Translations under genes and position numbers: made by a program | Shown here: piece after piece, positions 1 to 8,618 of the stretch | Position numbering within the stretch: position 1 is the first letter of the stretch | Layout: every line of letters starts with the position of its first letter | Source of the DNA: Accumulibacter sp. | GTDB taxonomy: Bacteria; Pseudomonadota; Gammaproteobacteria; Burkholderiales; Rhodocyclaceae | Direction: 5' to 3' (one strand) | Assembly (NCBI RefSeq): GCF_024235715.1 | Contig: NZ_JACKLW010000012.1 | Length of the DNA: 64,000 nucleotides | The notes under the pieces: generated by a model | Databases searched by the model: none | Seen by the model: the letters and a program-made list of their open reading frames with translations, nothing else | Told to the model about the DNA's origin: nothing

Positions 1-618
1 GGCACGGAAATCGAAGCCCGGCCGCAAGGGCGTATTCCCGGTCACGACTGCGACCTCTACGACCCCTACTGTCAACACCTGGTAGCACGCGAAGCGGCGT
101 CGGAAGAACTCGTCGGCTCGCTTCGCATCCTGTCCCCCGGCGCCGCCGAGCGCGTCGGCAGCTACCACGCCGAGAACATTTTTGACATCGGCCGCCTGCG
201 CAAGCTTCGTCCGCGCATGGCCGAAGTCGGCCGTGTCTGTATTCATCCCGATTTCCGCGGCAGCGACGCGCCCGCCCTGCTCTGGAGAGGCCTGGTCGAC
301 CACTTGCTGACCCGCGATCATCAGATTCTGATGAGTTGCGTCCCGATCGGCATCGCCGATGGTGGCCGACACGCTGCCAACGTCTTCCAGCAGATCCACG
401 CGCAGCAAATGGCCCCAATCGACTACCGTGTCTTCCCGCTGCATCGTTTGCCCGTCGCGCATCTCGCCGACCATCGGCACACCGTGATGCCGCGGCTGAT
501 CGAGGATTATCTGCGCGTCGGCGCCTGGGTCTGCGGCGAACCGGCATGGAATCCCGACTTCAATACCGCCGACCTGATGCTGATCCTGCCAATGGCACGC
601 CTTGCCCGGCGTCGATGA
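1..618 (+). CDS. GNAT-family acyltransferase, ornithine-lipid N-acyltransferase (OlsB)-like; 5' end lies outside the window
   Basis: Frame is open from base 1 (GTEIEARP...DLYDPYCQHLVAR...VGSLRIL...AEVGRVCIHPDFR...LIEDYLRVGAWVCGEPAWNPDFNTADL). This matches the GNAT Acetyltransf_5/OlsB pattern (DxxDxxCxHL, E.GR.C.HP..R, GxPAWxPDFxTAD). Confidence 0.75.
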   Translation, partial: GTEIEARPQGRIPGHDCDLYDPYCQHLVAREAASEELVGSLRILSPGAAERVGSYHAENIFDIGRLRKLRPRMAEVGRVCIHPDFRGSDAPALLWRGLVDHLLTRDHQILMSCVPIGIADGGRHAANVFQQIHAQQMAPIDYRVFPLHRLPVAHLADHRHTVMPRLIEDYLRVGAWVCGEPAWNPDFNTADLMLILPMARLARRR

Positions 619-1562
619 AGGTCCGCGCCATCTTCGTTTCGGACGTTCATCTCGGCACCCGCGGGTGCCAGGCCGAACGGCTGCTCGATTTCCTACGCGA
701 GCACGAGGCGCAATACCTCTACCTGCTTGGCGACATCATCGACTTCTGGGCGATGAAGCGAAGTGTCCATTGGACGCCAGCGCAGAACACGCTGGTGCAG
801 AAAATCCTGCGTCGCGCTCGTCGCGGCGAGCGGGTGATGCTGATTCCGGGCAACCACGACGAGGCATTGCGCGACTATGACGGCGAGTCCTTCGGCAATA
901 TCCTGGTGCGCCGCGAGCACATTCACGTGACCGCCGACGGCCGCCGTTTCTTGCTGCTGCACGGTGACGATTTCGATCAGGTGACGCGCTATCACCGCTG
1001 GCTGGCGGTACTCGGCGACGCCGGCTACGACCTGCTGGTGCGCATCAACTGGCTGCTGACGCGCTTGCGGCGGCTGCTGCGCCGACGTGCCTACTGGTCA
1101 CTCGCCGGCTATGCCAAACGGCGCGTAAAGCACGCGGTTTCCTTCGTCTTCAACTTCGAGGACTCGGTGATCCACGCCGTGCGCGGGCGCCGCCTCGACG
1201 GCGTCATCTGTGGCCATATCCATAGCGCGGCAATAAAGACCAGCGACGGTTTCACCTATGCCAACTGCGGTGACTGGGTCGATTGTTGCTCGGCCATCAT
1301 CGAACATCTCGATGGCCGACTGCAACTGATCACCGCCAGCGAGCCACAAGTCGACAGTGCGGCCACCGGACCCGTCGCGCCACACCCGCTCCCGCCGCTA
1401 TCGCCGCTGCGACCGCCGATACACGCCAGGTCTGCGGCGCCGGAAATCGTGCCAGACGAACGACTCGCCGGTGCGCAGACCGCGCGCGTAGCCCGCGTGT
1501 TTCATCACCCCGACACAAACCATTGCCATCCTTCTCGCCATTGCACGGAGAACGAACGCTGA
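615..1562 (+). CDS. Calcineurin-like metallophosphoesterase, LpxH-like/PlcP-like
   Basis: ATG at 615 overlaps the upstream TGA (ATGA). Motifs SDVHLG, GDIID, GNHDE, HGD and GHIH are present. Pro-rich C-terminal extension. Confidence 0.85.
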   Translation: MKVRAIFVSDVHLGTRGCQAERLLDFLREHEAQYLYLLGDIIDFWAMKRSVHWTPAQNTLVQKILRRARRGERVMLIPGNHDEALRDYDGESFGNILVRREHIHVTADGRRFLLLHGDDFDQVTRYHRWLAVLGDAGYDLLVRINWLLTRLRRLLRRRAYWSLAGYAKRRVKHAVSFVFNFEDSVIHAVRGRRLDGVICGHIHSAAIKTSDGFTYANCGDWVDCCSAIIEHLDGRLQLITASEPQVDSAATGPVAPHPLPPLSPLRPPIHARSAAPEIVPDERLAGAQTARVARVFHHPDTNHCHPSRHCTENER

Positions 1563-1563
1563 C

Positions 1564-2016
1564 ATGGATCTGATCTTGTGGCGCAATGCGGAAGCCGAGG
1601 CGGCATCGGACAAGGTCGCGGACAGCAAACGGAAGCTTTCCGGTCGCGGCAGCAAGCATGCCGCACAAATGGCGGAGTGGCTGAAGAAGCAGCACCTGCG
1701 CGAGGTGCAGGTGCTGGCCAGCCCGGCGCGACGGGCCAGGCAGACCGCGCACGCCCTCGGTCTTCCCTATGACGTAAAAACGCAACTGGCGGCTGGCGCC
1801 GACGCTGCCGACCTGCTCGCCGCTGCCGGCTGGCCGGACCACCAGGGTACCGTCATTCTGGTCAGCCATCAGCCGGCGCTGGGCCGTCTGGCGGCGCTGC
1901 TCTTGTCTGGACAGGAGGCCGACTGGACGATCAAGCGGAGCGGCGTATGGTGGTTCAGCAACCGCGTGCGCCGCAACGAAACGCAGACCATACTGCGCGC
2001 GGTCACCAATCTCTGA
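1564..2016 (+). CDS. sixA: SixA-like histidine phosphatase family protein (catalytic His appears replaced by Asn)
   Basis: MDLILWRNAEA, SPARRARQTA and VSHQPALG match betaproteobacterial SixA, except that RH is RN. Confidence 0.8.
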   Translation: MDLILWRNAEAEAASDKVADSKRKLSGRGSKHAAQMAEWLKKQHLREVQVLASPARRARQTAHALGLPYDVKTQLAAGADAADLLAAAGWPDHQGTVILVSHQPALGRLAALLLSGQEADWTIKRSGVWWFSNRVRRNETQTILRAVTNL

Positions 2017-2027
2017 CAAAGCAGCAA

Positions 2028-2678
2028 TCAGCGCGACGGCGGGGTCGGCAAGGGTATTGACGGCGGCGGCGGCGCTGGCGCTGCGTAAGGACTCTGCGGG
2101 GCGAACATCGCGGCGCCCGGCAGCGGTACCAGCGCCGGCACAGCTGGCGGCGGCTGGCTGCCCTGGCCGGGAATCTGGCGCAATCCCGCCGTCGTCGGCA
2201 GTGCGATGAAGCGCCACTCGGAGTAGCGCGACGCGCCTTCGAAAGACTCGTTCTCGGGGGCGAAGCCGGCGATCTTGATCGGTTGCGCATTCGACAGGCT
2301 ATGCACCCCCATGATGCCGCCGCCCGGTGCGCCGACCACAGCCCAGTCATTCCTGCCGGTGATCGGGTCCGGGTACAGTTGCCGCAGATGCCGGCGCACG
2401 CCGGGATAGCGCGGGTCCTTGAGCAGATCGGCAAGGGCGCCCGGATAGCGGCGGTTGCCCGCCGGACTGCTGTTCAGATAGCTGGCAATCGCCTGCCGGT
2501 AGGCGTCGCCAACCTCGAGCAGCCGCTGTTCGGCCTCACGCCGCTGGACGATGCTGCCCAGGATCAGCGTGCCGCTGGTCGCCAGTGCCAGGATGGCGAC
2601 CAGGATCAACAGCCCGAGGTAGGTGAAGCCGGCCTCGCCACCTCCGGCACATGCCTCGCGACAGCGATCGTGCGACAT
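2028..2678 (-). CDS. Minor pseudopilin lacking Glu5 (GspK/PilX-like), Pro-rich tail
   Basis: Class III signal G|FTYLGLLILVAILA, followed by YPGALADLLKDPRYP...HLRQLYPDP. Confidence 0.75.
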   Translation of the reverse strand: MSHDRCREACAGGGEAGFTYLGLLILVAILALATSGTLILGSIVQRREAEQRLLEVGDAYRQAIASYLNSSPAGNRRYPGALADLLKDPRYPGVRRHLRQLYPDPITGRNDWAVVGAPGGGIMGVHSLSNAQPIKIAGFAPENESFEGASRYSEWRFIALPTTAGLRQIPGQGSQPPPAVPALVPLPGAAMFAPQSPYAAPAPPPPSIPLPTPPSR

Positions 2679-2680
2679 GG

Positions 2681-3091
2681 CTACAGATCGGCGAAGGGCT
2701 GGCCGTCCCGGGTGGCACCGGGGGCACCGCTCTTGAGGTCGTATACGTTGCCCCTGACCTCGGGCGAGCCGGCCGCATCGGGCGCAATCAGCAGCCAGCT
2801 GCCGGTACTCTCGGTGAACGGGTCGTAGGGCAGCGAGCGCAGGTACTTTTCGCTGACCAGTTCGTCGAGGCTGTCCGGGTAGCGTCCCTTGTCGCCATAG
2901 AACTTGTCGATCGTCTCGCGCACCAGATGCAGGTTTTCGCGCAGAACCGCTTCCTTGGCGACGTCGATGCTGTTGAAGTACCTTGGCACGGCCAGGGTGA
3001 GCAGCAGGGCGATGATCGACAGCACGACCAGCAACTCGATGAGCGTGAAACCGCGCGCGCGCCGATGCGCTTTGCCGCCGCGACTCACCAT
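2681..3091 (-). CDS. GspG-like pseudopilin
   Basis: G|FTLIELLVVLSIIA; DKFYGDKGRYPDSLDELV...YLRSLPYDP. Confidence 0.85.
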   Translation of the reverse strand: MVSRGGKAHRRARGFTLIELLVVLSIIALLLTLAVPRYFNSIDVAKEAVLRENLHLVRETIDKFYGDKGRYPDSLDELVSEKYLRSLPYDPFTESTGSWLLIAPDAAGSPEVRGNVYDLKSGAPGATRDGQPFADL

Positions 3092-3612
3092 TGCCGGTAG
3101 GGCACGCCGTTCAGGCCGATGCCCGTCGAACGCGAGTAGACGTCGTACACGTCGTCGCCCTCGCGAGGGTTGTCTGCGTCGCTGGCGTAGGCGCGCTTGG
3201 CCCAGGTGTCGGCTGCCGGCACGCTGCCGTCCGGATGCATGGGATCCCGCGGAATCCGGCGCAGGAAGTAGATCTTGCGGTGTTCGGGGTCGCGCAGATC
3301 CTCTTTGCCATCGACCAGGACCTGCAAGTTCTCGGGATAAGCACTGTCGCTCATGTCCCTCTCCAGGCGCCCTTCGTCACCGGCCCGCTTGTAGTCGTCG
3401 ATGGCCCCCCGGAGTTCACGCAGGGCGAGTCTCAGGTCCTGCTCCTTGCTGCGCTGGACCGCGGTTTGCGCAACCGGCACGACAACCCCGGCGAGTACGG
3501 CAACGACGGCGAGCGTGATCAGCAGTTCGATCAGCGAGAAACCGCCGACACCGGCGGCAGCCCACCGACGCCGAGACGCCTTCGGGAGGAACGCGAGCAG
3601 CCCGTTCACCAT
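3085..3612 (-). CDS. GspG-like pseudopilin
   Basis: G|FSLIELLITLAVVA; YP..LQVLVDG...YFLRRIPRDP...DVYDVYS. Confidence 0.85.
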   Translation of the reverse strand: MVNGLLAFLPKASRRRWAAAGVGGFSLIELLITLAVVAVLAGVVVPVAQTAVQRSKEQDLRLALRELRGAIDDYKRAGDEGRLERDMSDSAYPENLQVLVDGKEDLRDPEHRKIYFLRRIPRDPMHPDGSVPAADTWAKRAYASDADNPREGDDVYDVYSRSTGIGLNGVPYRQW

Positions 3613-3615
3613 CGC

Positions 3616-5988
3616 TCACGGGGCGATGGTCAGCGCATGCGCTGGCGGCAGGGTGGCATTGATCGCCGACCCGCCCAGGCCGACCGGTGCAATGGTGATC
3701 AGTTCGATGCGGGCGTCGCCCGGCGCCATGGCGCGGAAATTGAGCGTCGCAACATTGTCCTGGCCAGTGGCGCCGCCATTGCCCGAACGGGTCGCGGTCA
3801 TCAGCACCTGTCCGCCGGGGTCAACCCGATAGCTGAAACTGGTCTGCCCCCCGCCCTGCTTGAGGAAGCCGCCCTCGCTGACGTCGGCAAGCTGCACGAC
3901 GCGCGGATCGAAGCTGACGGCCAGCGGCAGGCTGACCACCGGTTGATCGGCCTGCATGACCAGTTGCAGCGAAAAACTGTCGCCCGCCTTGAGTTGCGTC
4001 GGCCCTTGCCAGAGCAGCTGCGCCGACCCACCCGACTGGGCAGCCGCCTGCAGGTCGTTTCCCGCTGCCGGCTGCGCCCCACCGCCAGCCGACTGCGATG
4101 GCGCGTCCGCCGGGGTAGCGCTCCTTGCCTGGCCTGGGCCGCCCGGGAGCGGCGGTGCAGCGAGATGTCCGACAGCGCCGGCCGCGCCGCCGAACACTGC
4201 GCTGCCACCAGCGCTGGCAAGCCGGCCGCGGAAGCTGTTCTCGGTACCGCCATCGAACTGCGCGAGATAGGCCTCCGGGCGCAGGATGTTGCGAATGATT
4301 CGTGGCGTGATCGAGAGCACGATCTCGGTCTTTATGCCCTCATTGTTCTGACTCCCGAACAGCCGGCCAAGCACCGGGATGTCGCCCAGGAACGGCACCT
4401 TGCTGGCCGTCCGGCGGTCCTCGTCGCTGATCAGACCGGCCAGCAGCTGGTTCTCGCCATCCTTGAGACGCAGGACACTGGTCGCCGTGCGCGTGCCGAT
4501 CCGGTAGGCGACGGTGCCCGAGCGCGTCTCGACACGGTCGACGATGTTGCTGACCTCGAGCGTCACCTTGATCGCCACTTCATTGTCGAGGTAGATCGTC
4601 GGTTCGATGTCGAGCTTGAGGCCGACATCGATGTAGGTGATCGACTCGGAGACGAAGCCCGTCGAGGTAGCGGTCGAGGTGATGTTCGGCACCCGTTCAC
4701 CAATCAGGATCTTGGCCTTCTCGCGGTTGCGGGCACGGATGCGCGGATTGGCCAGCAAATTGACGTCGGCGTCGAGCTGCTGGGCACGGATGACCACCGG
4801 ACCGACCGTTGCGCCTATGCTGGACGAGTTGAGATTCTGCAGGTCGTTCAGGGTCAGGGTGCCGCCGGTCGTCGACGGCAGCGGTGTCAGCGCCAGCGTG
4901 TTTGGCCAGTTCACCCCCAGGTCACGCAGCCGTGACCGCTTGACCTCGAGAATCTCCACTTCGAGCATCACCTCCGGTTCAGGCACGTCCTGCAGGGCGA
5001 CCAGCTTCTCGGCCACACGGATCGCTTCCGGGCTGTCGCGGATCATCAACAGGTTGAGCTTTTCGTCAACCACTACGTCCTTGCTCTTGAGGATCGTCTT
5101 CAGCGTCGTCGCGACGGTCTTGGCATCGGAGTTCGCCAGGTAAAAGGTTCTGACGCTCAGCGCCTCGTAGCTGCGCTGCTTGAGCGGCGTGTTCGGGTAG
5201 ATCAGGATCGAGTTGCCGTCGAGGACGCGCTGCTCGAGCTGGTTGGTGAGCAGCACCAGATTGATCGCCGCCTCGATGGTGCTGTTGCGCAGGAAAATGG
5301 TGACCAGCTGATCTGCGCGCACGTCCTTGTCGAAAACGAAGTTGAGCCCCGAGGTTCGCGAAATCACTTCGAAGACTGTCTTCAGCGGCGTATCCCGGAA
5401 CTCGATGGTGATCGGCTTGCGGTAGGCGACCGCCAGCACCGACTCCTCGGCGATGCGAGTCGTCCGCTCATCGACCATGCGCTGCAGCGCGAGCGCGCGA
5501 GCGTGTTTCGGATTGGCGGCCAGGATCCTGCGCAGGTTGGCCTGCGCCACCTCGGTGTCGCCCCTGTGCCAGGCGGCCTCGGCTTCGCCGTAAAGGGCTT
5601 CGTTGCGACGCGCGGTGTCCACCAGCTGCAAACCGGTGAGCGCCAGCTGATTGCCGGGCTGCAGCGCCAGGGCGCGGCGGAAGGAAGCATCGGCAGCGTC
5701 GTAGTGCGCCTCCGTTAAAGCACGCTGGCCGGCACTGTTACTGGCGTGGACGTAACGTTCCTGCGCCTGCGTGTAGGCGACGCGATACTCGGTGCTATCC
5801 GGGTCAAGGGCAATCGCTTGCTGAAGTTTGGCCAAACCGGCATCGACCTGCTCGGCGGCCAGCAGCGCCTGACCTTCGGTAAACGCGTTCTGCGCGGCGC
5901 AGCCTGCCAGCGACAAGGCCACGGCCACGCCCAGGCAGCAGCGCCACCAGGCTGCAGGCCCACTCCGGCCTGACTCTTCCTTGCTCAC
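3616..5988 (-). CDS. gspD: Secretin (GspD-like) with lipobox, TPR-like N-terminus, STN/N domains and C-terminal cohesin-like domain
   Basis: LAGC lipobox. Secretin core LLANPRIRARNREKAKILIGERVP...DVGLKLDIEP...KVPFLGDIPVLGRLF. Low-complexity linker, then a cohesin-like beta domain (LPLAVSFDPRVVQLADVSEGGFL). Confidence 0.9.
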   Translation of the reverse strand: MSKEESGRSGPAAWWRCCLGVAVALSLAGCAAQNAFTEGQALLAAEQVDAGLAKLQQAIALDPDSTEYRVAYTQAQERYVHASNSAGQRALTEAHYDAADASFRRALALQPGNQLALTGLQLVDTARRNEALYGEAEAAWHRGDTEVAQANLRRILAANPKHARALALQRMVDERTTRIAEESVLAVAYRKPITIEFRDTPLKTVFEVISRTSGLNFVFDKDVRADQLVTIFLRNSTIEAAINLVLLTNQLEQRVLDGNSILIYPNTPLKQRSYEALSVRTFYLANSDAKTVATTLKTILKSKDVVVDEKLNLLMIRDSPEAIRVAEKLVALQDVPEPEVMLEVEILEVKRSRLRDLGVNWPNTLALTPLPSTTGGTLTLNDLQNLNSSSIGATVGPVVIRAQQLDADVNLLANPRIRARNREKAKILIGERVPNITSTATSTGFVSESITYIDVGLKLDIEPTIYLDNEVAIKVTLEVSNIVDRVETRSGTVAYRIGTRTATSVLRLKDGENQLLAGLISDEDRRTASKVPFLGDIPVLGRLFGSQNNEGIKTEIVLSITPRIIRNILRPEAYLAQFDGGTENSFRGRLASAGGSAVFGGAAGAVGHLAAPPLPGGPGQARSATPADAPSQSAGGGAQPAAGNDLQAAAQSGGSAQLLWQGPTQLKAGDSFSLQLVMQADQPVVSLPLAVSFDPRVVQLADVSEGGFLKQGGGQTSFSYRVDPGGQVLMTATRSGNGGATGQDNVATLNFRAMAPGDARIELITIAPVGLGGSAINATLPPAHALTIAP

Positions 5989-6569
5989 TATGGCGATCCT
6001 CCGATCGGGATGGTCTGCAGTTTCTTCAGCGGCAGGTAGATCAAGGTCAGCGCCTGCGGAGCGATCTTCCTGACCTTGTAGGTGCCGGCGAGCGTCATTC
6101 CCTCGCGGACGATGAATACCTGCTCGCCGTGCCCGAGGTAGGCTTCCCAGCGCCCGTCTTCGAGTTTCTTGCCAAGGTACACGAAGGGAAGCGGCGGCGC
6201 CATGGGCGGCATTGGTCTGGCGACTCCTTCCGCCACCGGCGGAGGCGGCGGCGCCCAGCTCAGCGCAGGGAAAAGATCGCGAACCGGTCGGCCATCAGCA
6301 GCGCCGGGGATCAGCTCCTCGCGCGGAATCAGGGCCAGCACTTCCGGATCGGCTGCCGCCCTGTCCGAATCGGGCGCTGACCCCGGCAGGCGGCTGCGGG
6401 CGCCCTTGCGGGCTGCGGCAGGCGCTGCGCTGCCAGCGGCAGCACCGCTTCTCGCCGCTGCAACCACATCGACGACGGCGTCGGCCGGCGGCGTCTTGTC
6501 GCCGAACAGCGCCAACCATGCGGCGACGATCAGCAGCGCGAACAGGAGCAGACGTCGGAAGTTCATCAC
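5988..6569 (-). CDS. Secretion-system accessory protein (PilP/GspC-position)
   Basis: N-terminal hydrophobic anchor, Pro/Ala-rich linker and C-terminal beta domain (PPLPFVYLGK...). Translationally coupled within the cluster. Confidence 0.6.
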   Translation of the reverse strand: MMNFRRLLLFALLIVAAWLALFGDKTPPADAVVDVVAAARSGAAAGSAAPAAARKGARSRLPGSAPDSDRAAADPEVLALIPREELIPGAADGRPVRDLFPALSWAPPPPPVAEGVARPMPPMAPPLPFVYLGKKLEDGRWEAYLGHGEQVFIVREGMTLAGTYKVRKIAPQALTLIYLPLKKLQTIPIGGSP

Positions 6570-7180
6570 CCGCCCTCAGCATCGACGTCGCCAGCGGCGC
6601 GCCCTGCCGGCTGCGACGGATGATGCCAGATGGTCAGACGCACCCTTGCTTCGATCTCGTTGACGCCAATCGCGTCACGCTTGAAGCCAAGCTCGTTGAC
6701 CGCCAGGAAAACTTGCGTGGCGAGCAGTTCCTCGATCCAGCGACGGACGTCTGCATAGCGGCCCTTCACCGGAACGATCATCTGCACGGTTTCCGCTTGC
6801 GCACGCAGATCCCGGCCACGCAGGTACTCGGCGTGGTTGCTCGACAAGCCATGTCTGGCTGCCGAATCGAGCACCGCCTGAATGCTTGGCAACACCTGGC
6901 CTTCCTCGGCGAGCGTTCGCTGGAATGCCTGGTAGTGGCGTTCGGATGCCGACTCCACTGCGGCCACCGGCTGCGCGCCGCTCGCCACGCGCACCCGCAG
7001 TTCGCCGAGTACGGCCTCTTTCGCCGCCAGCTCGTTGCGCAGTGCCGGCATCAGGATCAGCGACAGGCCCAGCAGCAGGCAGAAGGCCAGGGCCAGCAGA
7101 GGCCACCACGGTCCATGCCGGTGCAAGCCGATTTCCGTGCGCAGGCGCAGGCGATCGGCGATCAGCGCGACCCTGTTCAC
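6566..7180 (-). CDS. PilO/GspM-like inner-membrane platform protein
   Basis: Single TM helix and coiled coil; C-terminal VPVKGRYADVRRWIEELL resembles the PilO/GspM ferredoxin-like fold. Confidence 0.65.
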   Translation of the reverse strand: MNRVALIADRLRLRTEIGLHRHGPWWPLLALAFCLLLGLSLILMPALRNELAAKEAVLGELRVRVASGAQPVAAVESASERHYQAFQRTLAEEGQVLPSIQAVLDSAARHGLSSNHAEYLRGRDLRAQAETVQMIVPVKGRYADVRRWIEELLATQVFLAVNELGFKRDAIGVNEIEARVRLTIWHHPSQPAGRAAGDVDAEGG

Positions 7181-7764
7181 CGGCGCTCCCGCGGGAGGTG
7201 CCCGCCTGCCGCGTTCGTTTGCCGATCGTCAAGCAGCGCCTCGAACACGAAGCGCAGCGGCCGATTGGGATCCCTGTCATTGATTTCCTGTTTGCTCACC
7301 ATCGCCCGGCCGAATGGCGCGACCGAGCCCAGCGCCGCCAGGTAGTCGAGCATTCCCTGGTAGTCCTTGGCCTCGGCGACACCCTTGACCAGATGGCGCC
7401 GGTTGTCTGGTTCGATCTGCAGCAGCGCGATCTCGCCCGTAGCGACGCTCTCGAAAGCGTCGAGCATTGCCGGCCAGGGGGTGTTCAGCTGGCCGATGAC
7501 ACCGTTGATCGCTGCCACCTGCGCCTCGGACAGGCGCAGCGGCGGTCGCGGCGGCGGCGTACGCATGTGCAGTTCCTGTCGCGTCAGCACGATGAGCTGC
7601 TCGCTTTCCGCGATCTGCCGATCCAGCTGCCACGCTTGCCAGGCCAGGGCAGCGGCGGCGATAGCGGTGAGCCCGCCGATGACGGCGAGGACGGCGCGCG
7701 CGCGCGCCGCAACCGGCAGCTGCCACCGAGGGCGGCTAACGAAATCAATGTTCAGATGCTTCAT
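7177..7764 (-). CDS. PilN/GspL-like protein
   Basis: Start re-called at ATG 7764 (MKHLNIDF), which overlaps the upstream stop. TM helix, coiled coil and W..MLDAFE...IALLQIEP pattern. Confidence 0.7.
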   Translation of the reverse strand: MKHLNIDFVSRPRWQLPVAARARAVLAVIGGLTAIAAAALAWQAWQLDRQIAESEQLIVLTRQELHMRTPPPRPPLRLSEAQVAAINGVIGQLNTPWPAMLDAFESVATGEIALLQIEPDNRRHLVKGVAEAKDYQGMLDYLAALGSVAPFGRAMVSKQEINDRDPNRPLRFVFEALLDDRQTNAAGGHLPRERR

Positions 7765-8618
7765 CGGCGACTCCCGGCGAGCGCCAGTTGGCCGGCGACG
7801 GAGCCGCCAGCCCCTTGCCGTACCAGGCCGCGCAGCGGTAGCAAGCGCGATTCGAGGCTGGCGACCCGGTCCGCTGCCGGCAACCAGTCGGCGGCCCCCG
7901 CCCACAACAGCGACAGCCCTTCGCCCCCCGTACCCTGCAGCGGGCTGCGCAGGCGTTCCTGCGTCACGAGGGTTTCGAGAGCGGCGAAATCGGGTGCGCC
8001 AGGCAGGCGCAAGCTGCGCATGGTGGCGGGCTGGTCGTTGCGGGTGCCAAGCAGGGTCAGCGTCTGCCCAAAACCGACCAGCAGCCAGCCGTTGGCCGGA
8101 ACCGACTCGCAAAGGCGGTTGCTGACCCGGACGAAAGCCGGGCCAAGCGAATCCAGTCGCCAGGAGTGCTTCTCTGCCAAGGCGTCGAGCGCCTGGCACA
8201 GCTGCCGCGGCAGCGCGCAGGCGATGAACGGTGCGCTCGCATGCCAGTCAGCCACCAGCAGCCACTGCTCGGCCAACTCACCGTAGAGTGTCGCGAAGCG
8301 TGCCTCGGCCGTCGCGCGCAGTTCGCGCAGCCCACGCGCTCCGCGTGGCGGCGTGACGACAAAGCTTCTGGCCAGGCTGTCGTCAAGGGTCACGGTCAGA
8401 AACGTGGACAGTGCCTTGCTAGCAGGCGGCAGCGGCGACGTCGGCTGCAGCGCTTGCAGCGCTGCGCACAGGGGGGCACTCAGCGCCGACGGCGAGGGGT
8501 CGACCGGCAGCGACGCCAGCAGTTCCGCCGCGGCCGTCGTCGACTCCGGCTCGGCCAGCAGCACGACCTCGTCGGCCGTGCAGCCAAGCAGCAGCTGCCT
8601 AGCCTGAAAGCGTGACAC
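7761..8618 (-). CDS. PilM/GspL-cytoplasmic-like protein
   Basis: Lies between the ATPase and the PilN-like gene with coupled overlaps; no TM segment. Assignment is mainly positional. Confidence 0.5.
   Translation of the reverse strand: MSRFQARQLLLGCTADEVVLLAEPESTTAAAELLASLPVDPSPSALSAPLCAALQALQPTSPLPPASKALSTFLTVTLDDSLARSFVVTPPRGARGLRELRATAEARFATLYGELAEQWLLVADWHASAPFIACALPRQLCQALDALAEKHSWRLDSLGPAFVRVSNRLCESVPANGWLLVGFGQTLTLLGTRNDQPATMRSLRLPGAPDFAALETLVTQERLRSPLQGTGGEGLSLLWAGAADWLPAADRVASLESRLLPLRGLVRQGAGGSVAGQLALAGSRR

Noticed and set aside
3091-4935. 614-aa plus-strand ORF
   Set aside because: Antisense shadow of the secretin and pilin genes; no motifs; typical of high-GC DNA.
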